NCBI GenBank assembly: GCA_951406725.2
Contig: OX597816.1
Coordinates: forward strand, 101,432,001-101,496,000
Length of the DNA stretch: 64,000 nt
Source: Octopus vulgaris
Lineage: Eukaryota
Reading direction: 5' to 3'
Shown: positions 12,617 through 25,891 of the stretch, one piece after another
Layout: the number at the start of each line of letters is the position of its first letter
Numbering within the stretch: position 1 is the stretch's first letter
The notes under the pieces: model-generated
What the model was told of the DNA's origin: nothing
Databases searched by the model: none
What the model saw: the letters and a program-made list of their open reading frames with translations, nothing else
Translations under genes and position numbers: made by a program

Positions 12617-13683
12617 AAGTAAACCTTAATAAATATGAATCTCTGTCATCTATTTGAGCTTGTGTGTGATTGTTTTTGAGAGTGTTTATGGGTGCGTACT
12701 ATGTATTTATAATTTATGTTTGCGTATGCATGAATGTATGTTAGTAAAAGATTGTAGAATCAAATCAGTTTATCCATATATTTATGTGTGCGTATATTTA
12801 TACGTATTGACATATAAAAACTACAGAGTGGGATAATGTATGGCAGCCACCCAAAAACGATTATATAATTTATTATGATATAAAACAGTAAGATAATTTA
12901 GTATATTTGTATATTTGAGTCTCGTTTTCCATACAGTATGTGCGATTCTTTGTTTACTTATCTACGGTACGCTACGTATTTTCTTTTAATACATTTCAAT
13001 TAATATGTTATACAGTGCAGTACTGTACTGTATTCTCATTTATTAATTTATTAATCTTTAGGCGTGAAAATGCTTATTTTACCACAGAAATAATAAAAAT
13101 CTAAAAAAAAAAAAAAATACCTATCGACCGCAGAAGCCCACGATACATTGGGGAGTCCGCAATATAAATTTACATATATTAACCAGAAACATCCGCGATG
13201 TACTGAGGGCGCGACAGGTGAACCGCGACATAGCGAGTGATTACTATATATATTAAGTGTACTACGTCATCAAAATTAGTGTTATCAAAAAATATTATTA
13301 CATGGAAAAATACGAGCATGAAAATTAATATTCTCAAGATTATAAACCTGGAAAAGTACAGGACAAGTTATTACACCTGTAAAAGTACAGGACAAGCTAT
13401 TACTTCAAGTAAAGTAAAGAATAAGAAACTTTTTACTTAAAATATTGCAGCAACGAATGCCAGTTCTTCTAATTTATCACTCTTTACAGTTCTCATCTTT
13501 TATATTTATTGTACAAAACTGTTCAGCTAATTTGTAAGTATAATTAGTCACTTTTTTCTGTATTTAAGGTAGTAAATTAGCCAAATTCTACTTATATAAG
13601 TATAGTATTATTTGTAAACTATAATAAAATAAGTTTTACTATTTAAATTTTAAAAAAAATTAAATAAATAATCTGTACGTCAA

Positions 13684-13960
13684 ATTCAACCTCGGCGAAA
13701 TTTGAACTCAAAAAACGTAAAGACAGACGAAATACCTATTTCTTTACTACCCACAAGGGGCCAAACACAGAGAGGACAAACAAGGACGCACAAACGGATT
13801 AAGTCGATTATATCGACCCCAGTGCGTAACTGGTACTTATTTAATCGACCCCGAAAGGATGAAAAGCAAAGTCGACCTCGGCGGCAGACGAAATACGTAG
13901 CGGCAGACGAAATACTGCTAAGCATTTCGCGTGCTAAAATTTCTTCCAGCTCAGTACCTT
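13684..13960 (-). mobile_element. tRNA-derived SINE (abundant family in this window)
   Basis: Reverse complement of the family at 47446-47682, sharing the GAGGTCGACTTTGC..TTCATCC and TCGATTAAATAAGTACCAG core and the 3' tail. Confidence 0.8.
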
Positions 13961-15064
13961 AGAATGTAAACATTCATTTTAGAAATATATTTTTTATTCT
14001 TATTGCTTAAGCATTACTCCCTAAATTCCTTACTTACTGACATAGAATTTCGTAATATTTTACTTCATAACTGTTTTTCTAATAACTTTTGTTCAATGCA
14101 ACTAACGATTCTGAATTCCTGATGCATTTTTCTATCATTTAAGCCTAAGGAAAGTATACTCTTAATTTAAGATTTTAAAACTTTTGATAATTGAAGGTCG
14201 CAAATATTTTGATGTACCTTTTTTTTCTACTAAACCAAATCTCAAACTATTTATACCAAAGTGTAGCTGAGAAGGTGTCCTCTTTAAAACTATTAACAGC
14301 TTGCAATTAAGTTGAGAGAATGATATTACAGTCTGAAATTAGATGTCTTATATTAGTAGATTAATTAATAACAATTAATACTTAACATTAGTTAATAACA
14401 ATTAATACTTAATACTATTATTAAAAGGACCCTTGAGCATTATATTACATATAATATATATTATTATTATTTATATTAATTAATTAATTGATTAAATTTA
14501 CTAAAAACATTTAGAGTTTAAATACCCTTTTTTCTATAGTTAATTCATTTGTGTTTAGATTTTAGTATTTGGAACAACTTTTCTAAAATAAAATTCACAT
14601 TTTTAACTGAAATATTATAAGCTCTAGCATAACTTATAATTTGCCATTTAACTTTATAATTTTCCTTATTATCTTTTGACATCCATGTGAATTTACTGAG
14701 ATTTGTATTACTGATTTTACGTCAATTTTTAAAGCAGGTTTCATGATTAGCGATAAGGTGTACATATTTCCGCTGTACTTCACATCCTTATTTTTTATTA
14801 TTATATTTCTTATATACATATTCCTAGTTTGAAAAAAAAAGGTAAGAAGCTTAGTGCCTCATTTTGTCATTGAATTGTGAACAATGTAAGAGGCTTGTTG
14901 CTTCATGAATAATATAAGAGATCAATGTTTTCGGCGGAAAAAAGCGATCGGCGGGTGTCGCTTGTCCTCCCATTAATCATCATTTTCATTTTTCCTTTCA
15001 TATAACACTATGTCTGTGTCCAGCCCGCAGCTTTCTATCTCTATGTAAGGCCTTTATGGCCAAT

Positions 15065-15214
15065 ATAATGAAATAAAGAAGCTTGCTTCCTAACCACATG
15101 GTTCCGGGTTCACTCCCTCTGCATTGCACTTTGAGCAAGTGTCTTAAATTATAGTCTCGGGTCAACCAAAGCTTTGTGAGTGGATTTGGCAGACGGAAAC
15201 TGAAAAAGCCAATC

Positions 15215-15253
<39 letters not shown>

Positions 15254-15486
15254 TATGCATATGCATATGTATGTATGTATGTATGTATGTATCTATGTAT
15301 GTATTTGTGTGTCTGATGTGCATGACAACTGATGTTAGTGTGTTTATGTCCCCGTAACTTAGCGGTTCGGCAAAATTACCGATAGAATAAGTACTAGGCT
15401 TACAAAGAATAAGTCCTAGTATCGACTTCTTCGACTAAAGGCGGTGCTCCAGCATGGAGTCAAATGACTAGTAACAGGTAAAAGAA

Positions 15487-15487
<1 letters not shown>
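15065..15487 (+). mobile_element. tRNA-derived SINE with an internal microsatellite and a LINE-like 3' tail
   Basis: B-box-like CCGGGTTCACTCCC and a CTTTGAGCAAGTGTCTT core. The tail GGCGGTGCTCCAGCATGG plus hairpin matches the LINE 3' end at 2321-2364. Confidence 0.75.
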
Positions 15488-15516
<29 letters not shown>

Positions 15517-15517
<1 letters not shown>

Positions 15518-16065
15518 CTACCATAATAATATTCTTGTGTTTCTCTCCGTCACAACACATGAATAATGAAGGAAGGTGTGATGGCAAACTGGTAGTGGGA
15601 TGATGGAAATTCTACGGTGAAAAAAATCAAACAGCGTTTCAGCACTGTGTGAGTATATGTGTGTATATGTAAAAAGGAGAGATGTTAATGTTTGCGCGCG
15701 CATGTGTGTGTGTGCGTGTGTGTGTGTGCGCGTGTGTGTGTATGTCTGTGTGTCTGTCTCCGTGTGTGCAATGGGCGTGGGATAGTGAACATTCAACGCT
15801 GAAAAGAAAAATCAAACAGCGTTTCAGCTGTGTGAGTATATGTGTAATACGTGTGCGTGTACAAGGGAAGTATGTTAACGTTTATATGTATGAACCAGCG
15901 TTCTTTAAGTAACAAAAGAAGATCGATGACACATCTCAAAATACAACCAGTAGATAACATTGAGAAGTGTAATAATTTGAATTACCATCCATATTTTATC
16001 TTCTGTCCTTATTTATATATAAAATACTACAATTAGCCGTCATTTTTGACGGCACAGGGCCAGCT

Positions 16066-16067
<2 letters not shown>
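15517..16067 (+). mobile_element. Probable non-autonomous Helitron
   Basis: Starts A|TC, has a subterminal hairpin GCCGTCA-TTTT-TGACGGC (16036-16053) and ends CTGG|T (CTRR). It carries an internal duplication of about 40 bp (near 15624 and 15808). Confidence 0.55.
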
Positions 16068-16102
<35 letters not shown>

Positions 16103-16106
<4 letters not shown>

Positions 16107-16432
16107 GAAATGAAGAAAATGCTGACAAAATAATTTAAGTAAGGGAGAGTGTATTTAATTAGATGAAAGTTCTTTTTACCGGTTGCGCATTTGTTATGTT
16201 TATCAAAAGATATGAGTGAGATAGAGTTCCTTTCTGATTGATTTTTTTCTCTTATCTGTTATCTCTTTTCTCTTATCAGATAAGAGAAAAAAATCAATCA
16301 GAAAGGAACTCTATCTCACTCATATCTTTTGATAAGCATAACAAATGCGCAACCGGTAAAAAGAACTTTCACCTAATTAAATACACTCTCCCTTACTTAA
16401 ATTATTTTGTCAGCATTTTCTTCATTTCCTTT
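16103..16432. repeat. Near-perfect 156-bp inverted repeat (18-nt spacer) in (TA)n; each arm has a decayed hammerhead-like motif
   Basis: 16103-16258 is the reverse complement of 16277-16432 with about 2 mismatches. The motif is TCTTTT-GATAA-GCAT(AACAA)ATGC-GCAA-CCGG-TA-AAAAGA at 16325-16364. Confidence 0.85.
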
Positions 16433-16467
16433 TTTTTATATATCACAACTCATGTTCCACATCTCCT

Positions 16468-16541
<74 letters not shown>

Positions 16542-16637
16542 CGGGAAGCTTTATGAAAATAAACAAAAGACGAAGGCAGGTGGAATACAAACAAACAATT
16601 GTATTAGTATGGCGCTCAGGAATATAAACAAAACAAG

Positions 16638-16675
16638 TCTTTTACGTTTCGAGCCTACGCTCTTCAACAGAAAGA
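16638..16675 (-). ncRNA. Minimal hammerhead-like motif with a variant core
   Basis: The minus strand reads UCUUU-CUGUUGAA-GAGC(GUAG)GCUC-GAAA-CG-UA-AAAGA. Stems I and II pair perfectly, but the core deviates from CUGANGA. Confidence 0.55.
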
Positions 16676-16751
16676 TACACAGAAAAGAAACACGGAAAGA
16701 AGCAAGGAGAGAAAAAAAATGCGTGCTGAAGCTAGCGAATCAACATGGCGA

Positions 16752-16836
<85 letters not shown>

Positions 16837-17048
16837 TGGGGTTTTGTTCACTTACGATCTAAACGAATAGGTACGCTAGGTAAGCGCCTTAGTTGGTCGG
16901 CCGTTAGGTTCCAAGATCACAATAGGGCTGGATCTAGGGATCTGTTTTAGGGTTCCGTTATAGCAGGTATATATATTATATTAAAAGGAAAATCAAAACT
17001 AAGACAGAACAAGTACCTCAAGTCATTTAGAATAACTTAAGGGTAAGG

Positions 17049-17101
<53 letters not shown>

Positions 17102-17103
<2 letters not shown>

Positions 17104-17405
17104 GAAACACCCTTCGGTCATGAATGACCATGAAATTGTACCTAGAAAGCCACCTTCCGAAGCACATGTCCGGGCAAGGTTGTTTTGTGGAAGGCCGGCA
17201 GTCGCCCATGCATACCAGCCGTCCCCCTCCACACCAATGATGTTATCCAAGGCAAAGGCAAAGGCCGATGCAGCTTGGCACCAGTGATGTCGCAACTCAT
17301 TTCTGCAGCTGAGTGAACTGGAGCAACGTGAAATAAAGCGTTTGATCAAGATCACAACACGCAGCCCAGTCCGGGAATCGAACTCACAACCTTACGATCG
17401 TAAGG
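17102..17405 (-). mobile_element. tRNA-derived SINE
   Basis: The minus strand has the B box GAGTTCGATTCCCGG, a TTTCACGTTGCTCCAGTTCACTCAGCTG core and a GC-rich tail. Confidence 0.75.
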
Positions 17406-17459
17406 AGACGAACACAGGCACAAAGACACACACACACATACATATACATACATATATAT

Positions 17460-17622
17460 AGGGCGGATTTCTTTCAGTTTCCATCTACCAAATCCACTCA
17501 CAAAGCTTTGGCCGTCCCGAGGATATAGTAGAAGACACTTGTCCAAGGTGCCACGCAGTGGGACTGAACCCGGAACTGTGTGATTGGGAAGCAAGCTTCT
17601 TACCACAAGCTACTCCTGCGCC
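17460..17622 (-). mobile_element. SINE head (same family as 15065)
   Basis: The minus strand reads AGAAGCTTGCTTCCCAATCACACAGTTCCGGGTTCAGTCCCACTGCGTGGCACCTTGGACAAGTGTCTT. Confidence 0.75.
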
Positions 17623-17909
17623 TATACATATATGGACAAACATTACATATCCAGGTACATACATGTGTATGAACTGTATATTAAAATTTGTACATACATG
17701 TGTATGAACTGTATATTAAAATTTGTACCCATACTTATTTGCATGTGTCCTATGTATGTACATATATCTATCTACGCTTTTGTGTAAGCGTGTATGTGTG
17801 AGCATTTATAAATATGTAAGTGTATTTAGATATCACAAATGTATATATACGCAATAGCCCTACATACGTATATGTTTTGGGGGGCAATACACATACCCAC
17901 ACACTCACA

Positions 17910-17964
<55 letters not shown>

Positions 17965-18208
17965 CCTAACATGTATCGGGTACGTATGTACGTGTAAAGG
18001 GGGACGGGGTATCTGTGAGGTAGGCGAACCCCATGACTTCAGCAGTTCTAATATCGCACATCACTGACGGAAACAGGATGTTGTGAAATAGTTTTCAAGT
18101 CGATCCATCGAAGCATGTGTCGACTGAATGTCTGCTACACCATTCGAACTTCCTGTCTGCTAGTCCAGAAGTTAAAGTTTTTTGCCCTCACATGCAATAA
18201 TCTCCCTT

Positions 18209-18259
<51 letters not shown>

Positions 18260-18686
18260 CCTCTCTTCCTCTTCCTCTCTCTCATGCCGCTAAGCATCAG
18301 ATTAATTTTCAGATTCTAGTGTGTCTCATGAACGTTTACGCATCTTCATACAAACGTCCACACAGACAGTTACATGTACGCATATATATGTGTGTGTGTG
18401 TGCGTGTATAAATTATTAAGGTGGTTATTCGCAATTTACAACCGAAAGGCACGAGTATAGTCGGTCACTAAAGTTACTGAAAATGCTAGTCAGCATCAAC
18501 ATCGCTAGAAATAAGAGTCAAAACAACTCTTAGCCACGTGAGAGCACTACTTTTGTGTCTATACATACATACATACATACATACATACATACATACATAC
18601 ATACGTTCATACATACATATACGTATGCATCTGTACGAAAATTATCTCGCAGACATCCTTATATATATGCACACACTGATATACAT

Positions 18687-18749
<63 letters not shown>

Positions 18750-18754
18750 TAGAA

Positions 18755-18797
<43 letters not shown>

Positions 18798-19013
18798 TAG
18801 ACTGAGACATACAGAGAGACATGTGTACTTACAAAGTGGTTCAGAAGACCCTTAGCATTTAAATGCTAAACAAAATTTGCTTTCTGCTACAATTTTTTAC
18901 GTATATTAATCCTATTTTTGCTGCTTTGTTGTAAATATCTTTTCTTATGTACTTTATAGACATACAAACAGACAGACAGTCCAACCGACTGACAGAGAGA
19001 CGGAGAGACAGAC

Positions 19014-19141
<128 letters not shown>

Positions 19142-19369
19142 GTAGACATAGATATTGATATTTATGCATATATATATAAATATGTATATATATATACATA
19201 TACATACATATATATAGATGTATATATATATATATATACATACATACATATATATATATACATATATATATATACATATACATACATATATATAGATGTA
19301 TATATATATATATATACATACATACATATATATATATACATATATATATATATACATACATACATACAT

Positions 19370-19433
<64 letters not shown>

Positions 19434-19515
19434 ATGATGTAATTTGGGTCGGTAGAGTTATATGGCACTATGTACTTGCTCCTTGAGAAGTTCTAATTAT
19501 TGATTCTTATCTGTA

Positions 19516-19607
19516 TTCACCTGATGAAAACGATTGTTTTTCTTTTTGCAGGATGTAACATTTCTGTTCATCAGTAAAAAAATCACGTCTGAAACAGCTG
19601 TAGTGAA
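19516..19607 (+). ncRNA. Type I hammerhead ribozyme motif with a long stem II
   Basis: UUCAC-CUGAUGA-[63-nt imperfect hairpin]-GAAA-CAGCUG-UA-GUGAA. The core is canonical, stem I is 5 bp and stem III is palindromic. Confidence 0.72.
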
Positions 19608-20044
19608 CCACAATCCATCTATTATTATTGTTTTGTATATATATAGACGATGTCTAACAAAGGAGTTTAGTAGTCGAAATCTTCTCCTACCTAAGTATGA
19701 ACTCGCAGGTTGAAAGCAGATTTTTTGCCATGATATAATCCATATAATCGATCAATTCTTTCTTTAAATAAATACTGCTGAAACAGCTTTTTTGAACCTT
19801 TAAGATCTATTTGTGTTATTATTTTATGCAAACTCCATACCTGGAACCAAATTATTTTGGAGTAAAGATTTTTGCCAACATAACATGGCAGTCCTGGTTT
19901 AGGACGAATGTTGCTGTAATTTAGCTCCAGGAGACATCGTCTCCAGCTGGTTATACGGTACGATCTGTGTCCTTATATTCCCTTCGAACAAGGGAATCTA
20001 GCATCCCCACTCAGCTCAAAAAAATATCGCGATACACAGATATT

Positions 20045-20089
<45 letters not shown>

Positions 20090-20092
<3 letters not shown>

Positions 20093-20680
20093 CCTCTATA
20101 TAAAACAAACACCTGGTATTTGTTGCAACCAACTCCGAATGGTAAGCGGAAATGTGGAAATACTCTCAAGAAACGAAGGTTTCTGAAATTGATGCTCCAT
20201 TAATGAAACTTAATCCGTTCTCTGATTTCACTAACCTACATCTGACTACCCATCAATTCCTAACCTCGTTATCCAGTTTCTCACTAATTCAAAACCAAAG
20301 TTTTATTCAAACCAGGACGAAAGTCAAGGAGACTGGTACTCCCAAAAAACAAAAAATACTCAACACCATACATAGTAGGTAGTGATAATTCCATTATATG
20401 CGAACTATTATTCTCTTGAAACAAAATCTACCAGTAAGGGCTAATATAGCTAAAGAGTTCCTTAATTTGCCAGATTATCATTCTCCACTGGAACATAAGT
20501 CTAATACGATATTAAATAGGGGAATGTGTTAAATTTAGTTATTTAGTGTTTCGTTTGTTATAATCTGATATTATAATGTTGTAAACCTGAAAAAAATAGA
20601 GATAAGCAACTCACCAACACCAAACATGCAACTATAGATTTAATGAGAATTGCCCACTAAATGTTAATTGTTTATAAATA
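20090..20680 (+). pseudogene. Decayed Penelope-like (Naiad-type) ORF remnant
   Basis: Manual translation gives RANIAKEFLNLPDYHSPLEHKSNTILNR..VKFSY and TCNYR..ENCPLNVNCL, matching the same region of the 27386-28798 ORF. Confidence 0.6.
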
Positions 20681-22356
20681 AACAACAGATTGGCGTTCAA
20701 AAATTTATTTCTAAGCCGTCATTCACTTGTTATCTCTGATAATGATACTTTATGGCTTTGTCAAAATTTATTTAGTTTTTATAGTTAAGATGCAACGGAA
20801 GAGTAACGATAGTTTCAAGTCAAAAATTTGATATGACCTTGGTCTGAGCGACAAATTAAGAATTTTGTTTCAAAGAAGTAAAGATTTGAAAACGGAGAAC
20901 AGAATTATTAGATCTTGTACGCATGGATCTAAATGAGTCGATTCTTCTGTCTTTCTTTCTACATTTTCTCTCTCTCTCTCTTTTTTCTCTCTCTCTCTCT
21001 CTCTCTCTTTTTCTCTCTCTCCTTCTCTCTCTCTCTCTTTCTCTCTCCTTCTCTCTTTTTCTGTCTTTTTCCCTTGGTCTCTTTCTCTCCCTCTTTCTGG
21101 AAGAAATTGGTTATAGTTAGACCTGAAGAGGGAGAGGTTCTGCTAGATTTAAAAGTGCCCAAGAATACCATATGTCTCAGCGGCACCCCTACATCTCCAT
21201 CGGCAGTTGAGGACCCAATGTGGCGAAATATTAGATATTGAGGACCCAAGAATGACTAAATATTAGATATATGTGATTTTGATAAATATGTTATAGATAC
21301 AATGAGATTATCCTCCCATAGAATTAACTACAACAAACAACTCAAAGAAAAAGGAAAAACAAATATTTTCTGTGTATTATATGTAGAAGTGTAAAGTTAA
21401 CTGAACAAGTCTGACACGAGGAAAATTATACACACACCCAACTAAATATACATTTGTTTATATAAGCAGTACTCTTGGACAATGCACTAATGTTCATATC
21501 ACCAGCCTTCGCCATTATTATTGATCATATTCATCCAATTTCCAGGAGCAAACTCGTTATTGTATCAACTAGCGTGATATTCCTTCCTGCATTTATCAAA
21601 ATGAATGAAAAACTTCGAATCGTTTGACTACTGCTATTTTTTTACGTGGAATTATGCACTAAAAGAGCTTAAAATGCAGCATCAATAACTAAGTACCGAA
21701 AAATAAATTAAATATTAGCGACACTGGCCGACATTTTGTGGATTCCACGATAAGAAAAAATTCCAAATCTGAGAAAACGTGATTGGTTTGTGGCTTGCAT
21801 TGAGGTCAATTAGTGAGCCTTGACTTTTATATAAGGTAGGAAAAAGAGAGAACGTGTTGTTGTCTGGGTTGTAGTAAAGGTTGTAAATAAGAAATCTATA
21901 TAATACACCGTGTGCTGAGATAGAGATGAAGGTCGATGGACAGGAGGGAGGTAAGTGGGTCAAAATTCTGAGTACGAAGTGAACAAAAGGAAGGAAGCTA
22001 GGAACTGGAGATTGAACAACGAAAGAGCCAATGCTTCACACAATACAAAAGATAGAGGTAAGGTGTTCAAGAAAATGGAAGAAAGGGGGAGAATTGTGAA
22101 TAAAAGGAGCAGGAGAAAAATTGCACCTACACTTGTAAGACCTTTTCGATATAAATGTTCTGAAATCTATCACAGCCTTGGGTTTTTATCTCATTCTGTT
22201 AATTCTTTTATATATACGCATGCTGATATATGACCTACGTTGGACTCCTCCTTCGCATAATCACCGAACCTGGAGCTTAACTATAGTCTATCCACAGCAC
22301 TTACTCAGCATTACCTGACACCTTTGCGTCTTCTTCACACCATCACCTCTCATAAC

Positions 22357-22387
<31 letters not shown>

Positions 22388-22390
<3 letters not shown>

Positions 22391-22910
22391 TATATAAAAT
22401 CCGTTCTGTCTGTCTGTGTGTGTGTGTGTGGATTCTAGTATCTCGGAAACCCTCCAACCGATTGCGCTCAAATTTGATATGTTGATACCGACGGTATCAG
22501 GGCGTGTATAAGTCTTGAAAAAAATACAAAAATCGGTTCCAGGTAAGAATGCTATCGATAAAGCCATGGGAAATTGTTTTTCTTTGGTTGCACAATCGAC
22601 TATATGGCGCTGATAGGAGTTGCCTCCCTTAACACCAAACATGCATATTTCATACACAGTCGATCATTTTTTCTTTCTTTTTCTTTTTCAACTACTGTTG
22701 AGTGCCAAATAAATTTGCCAAACTCAATTTAGTTACCTCCTTTTACAGTCTGATGCGACGCATCCTGTGTGGATGTACTCCGGTGTCCCTGCATGGATAT
22801 ACTCCTTGAAGAAGTTATTCAACAGTCGAAATCAGACATCCACTTCTTTCTTTCTCATCTTCATTCTTCCATTCTTTATTTTTTCGTTCTTTCGTTCTTC
22901 CTTCTTTTGA
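22388..22910 (+). mobile_element. Possible Helitron-type non-autonomous 5' portion
   Basis: Starts A|TCTTATATAAAAT, followed by (GTCT)n/(GT)n and CCGATT..AAATTT, a pattern common at animal Helitron 5' ends. No 3' end was identified. Confidence 0.35.
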
Positions 22911-22920
22911 CATATATATA

Positions 22921-23604
22921 TATATAATATTAATTAGAGACAAAACCACTATTTTGCAAAACAAACAAGGAAAGACTTAATCAATACATAAAATGTTAAT
23001 AAAAAGTAAAAAAACCGCCACTACAATTGTTTCATGTCTTCAAATGACAATCTTCAGGTGGATTTCCGATCTAAAATATCAATATTTTAAAATATAAGTT
23101 TAAAAAATAATTTTAAAATAATAAAAGTATCAATGAAAAAATATAAATATATAATCTATATATAACCTATATATAATCCATATATAATCAATATATAATC
23201 TAAAATAAACCCTATCAACAATTAAATATAAAACAAAATAAAAATAAACTATATATACACACATACGCAAACACATATAACTAAGTATATATAACCATAT
23301 CTAAATACATACACTAACTCACACACCTATATATATATCCCTATACATACACATAAAAACGTCTAGGCAACGATAAATAAATAAAATAGCCAAATACTTC
23401 AACACATTACTTATTCATACTCCCTCACACACACATACAACCCACATTCATAAACAATATACATATACCCGCTCACACATACATATACATACATACAGAA
23501 CTCGATATATACACCAATATATTCACACCCACATCTATACAGATAAATGAATTACGCAAACAATCACACACACACACACACACATTCACACATACATAAA
23601 CACT
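22921..23604 (-). repeat. 3' pseudo-LTR of the Penelope-like element
   Basis: Near-identical reverse complement of 28797-29459. Confidence 0.92.
23018..23061 (-). ncRNA. Type I hammerhead ribozyme motif (pLTR copy 1)
   Basis: The minus strand reads CCAC-CUGAAGA-U-UGUC(AUUUGAA)GACA-U-GAAA-CAAUUG-UA-GUGG. Confidence 0.85.
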
Positions 23605-25411
23605 CAAAAGAAAAATAAACAATTCTTTGCACGTGGTGATCGAACGTTTTTTTTAAAATTATGAATGGAATAATATATAATCAACGTAAATATACAGAAT
23701 TTACTCCAAATCATTAATAAACCATCATGATAAATGAAACCCATATATACATATAATGATAAAACTCCCTTTACCATACACAATTATACCTATATAGCAA
23801 TCTCTCCATATATACATTCACACACAAATACACATACGTAAAACACACACACACAACATATACGTATACCCCCTCACATATACATTTACATACGTACTAA
23901 ACTCGATATATACAACAATATGTTCACACCCACACTCATACAGATAAATAAATTACACAACCAAAATACGCACACACACACACATTCACACATACATAAA
24001 CACTCAAGAGAAAAACAACATTACTACACATAATACGATATATAAAATACTTCATAAGTAACCAGAATATCATAATTAACAAGATTAACATAAGGAGAAA
24101 AAAATATACATACTTTCAAATCAGTTTCAATTTATGAAGTGAAATTAAACTCTAGCCGTTATAACGTCAAACAAAATTACGTTACCATAGGAACCTAACA
24201 TATGTATAAAAAGTCTTCGCGCTCTGTAAACGAACGTCATTTAAAATTATGAATGGAATAAATGGAATTAAAAATTCTTTGCGCGTGGTAAACGAACATT
24301 ACTTAAAAATTATGAATGGAATAATGTAATAAAATAACAAACATCTTAAATAGACATAAATTACTACAAATTCTTTAATAAAACTACCATGATAAACTAA
24401 AACTCATAAATACATATAATGATAAAACCTCCCTTTACTAAACGCTATAACATACCTATATAGCAATCCCCCTAACCTATACATTCGCACACAAATACAC
24501 ACACATACCACACACCCACGACATATACAAATACCCACCCCACTCACACATACCTATACATACGTATAAACCTCGATATATACACCAAAAATTCACTCCC
24601 ACACCCATACAGATAAATAAACACATACATCCTTAAAAATGGGTTCAATCTCACGCACATCAATCATGCATGTATACAAGTGCATACACAAGCACACACT
24701 TTTACATAGCACCATGCACTCCCACATCTACACATTCACTTATACACGCGCACACATGCACACACACCCATGCAACATACATATTCACGGACACTCTCCT
24801 AGACATCCAAATATACGTATAAATGGCTACAAAACAATACCCAATAAAAAAACTACCATGAACAACAAACCAAGCTATAATGCATGGGGACTAAAATACT
24901 AAAAAATTCTAAATAAAATAATCATGATAAATGAAATCCATACATACAAATATAAAGATAAAACCCCTTACCAAAACACAATACACACAAATACACACAC
25001 ATATATACACACACCCACAAACATAACCATATACACACTCTCACAAACATATACATACGTACAAACCTCGATATATACACCAATATATTCATTCCCACAC
25101 TCAATAAATTATTAAATAAATACATATACAAACATAAACATATATATATATAAAATAAGTTTAACAATTAAGGATAACCTCTTAATAAGGGATCTTAACA
25201 AGAAATTATCGGGTAGTTAGCGTGAAAACCTCATAAAAGAAAAGAATTCGAAAATAATTTTTTTTCTCTTGAACAAATTAATTATATCTATATTGTATAG
25301 AGGGCATTATTACACATAAATGCCTCACACTAAGAGGGACAAAGTCATTACTACCAAAAATATACTAATCATACCCAAATGCAGTTTTTCAAAGCAAGAC
25401 ATTTAAAAAAT

Positions 25412-25480
25412 GAATTTAGTTCTGTATCACCGTGATTTCACATTCAACTTACGTCTTATGATCATCAGCAGAACTGATTC
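25412..25480 (-). ncRNA. Type I hammerhead ribozyme motif (480-bp unit, copy 1)
   Basis: The minus strand reads AGUUCUG-CUGAUGA-UCAUAAGAC(GUAA)GUUGAAUGU-GAAA-UCAC(G)GUGA-UA-CAGAACU. The 7-bp stem I is extendable by GAAU/AUUC. Confidence 0.87.
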
Positions 25481-25891
25481 TGAACACATCATAAATAAAC
25501 TACCAACCTTACGTAGCGAAGACGAACAGACAACTGCTCACTCCGGCCAAGCACATGGAATGTTTATAAATCATATATCCTGTAAATGGCGGGCTTTTTA
25601 CGAACTGCATGTCGGGTAATAAAAAGTATTTCGGAATAAGTTTAACAATTAAGGATAACCTCTTAATAAGGGATCTTAACAAGAAATTATCGGGTAGTTA
25701 GCGTGAAAACCTCATAAAAGAAAAGAATTCGAAAATAATTTTTTTTTCTCTTGAACAAATTAATTATATCTATATTGTATAGAGGGCATTATACACATAA
25801 ATGCCTCACACTAAGAGGGACAAAGTCATTACTACCAAAATTATACTAATCATACCCAAATGCAGTTTTTCAAAGCAAGACATTTAAAAAT

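Noticed and set aside
21115-21250. CTGAAGA...GAAA candidate hammerhead
   Set aside because: No stem I pairing was found. The CUGANGA hits near 35771, 42481, 45145, 54695 and 60555 fail in the same way or lack GAAA.
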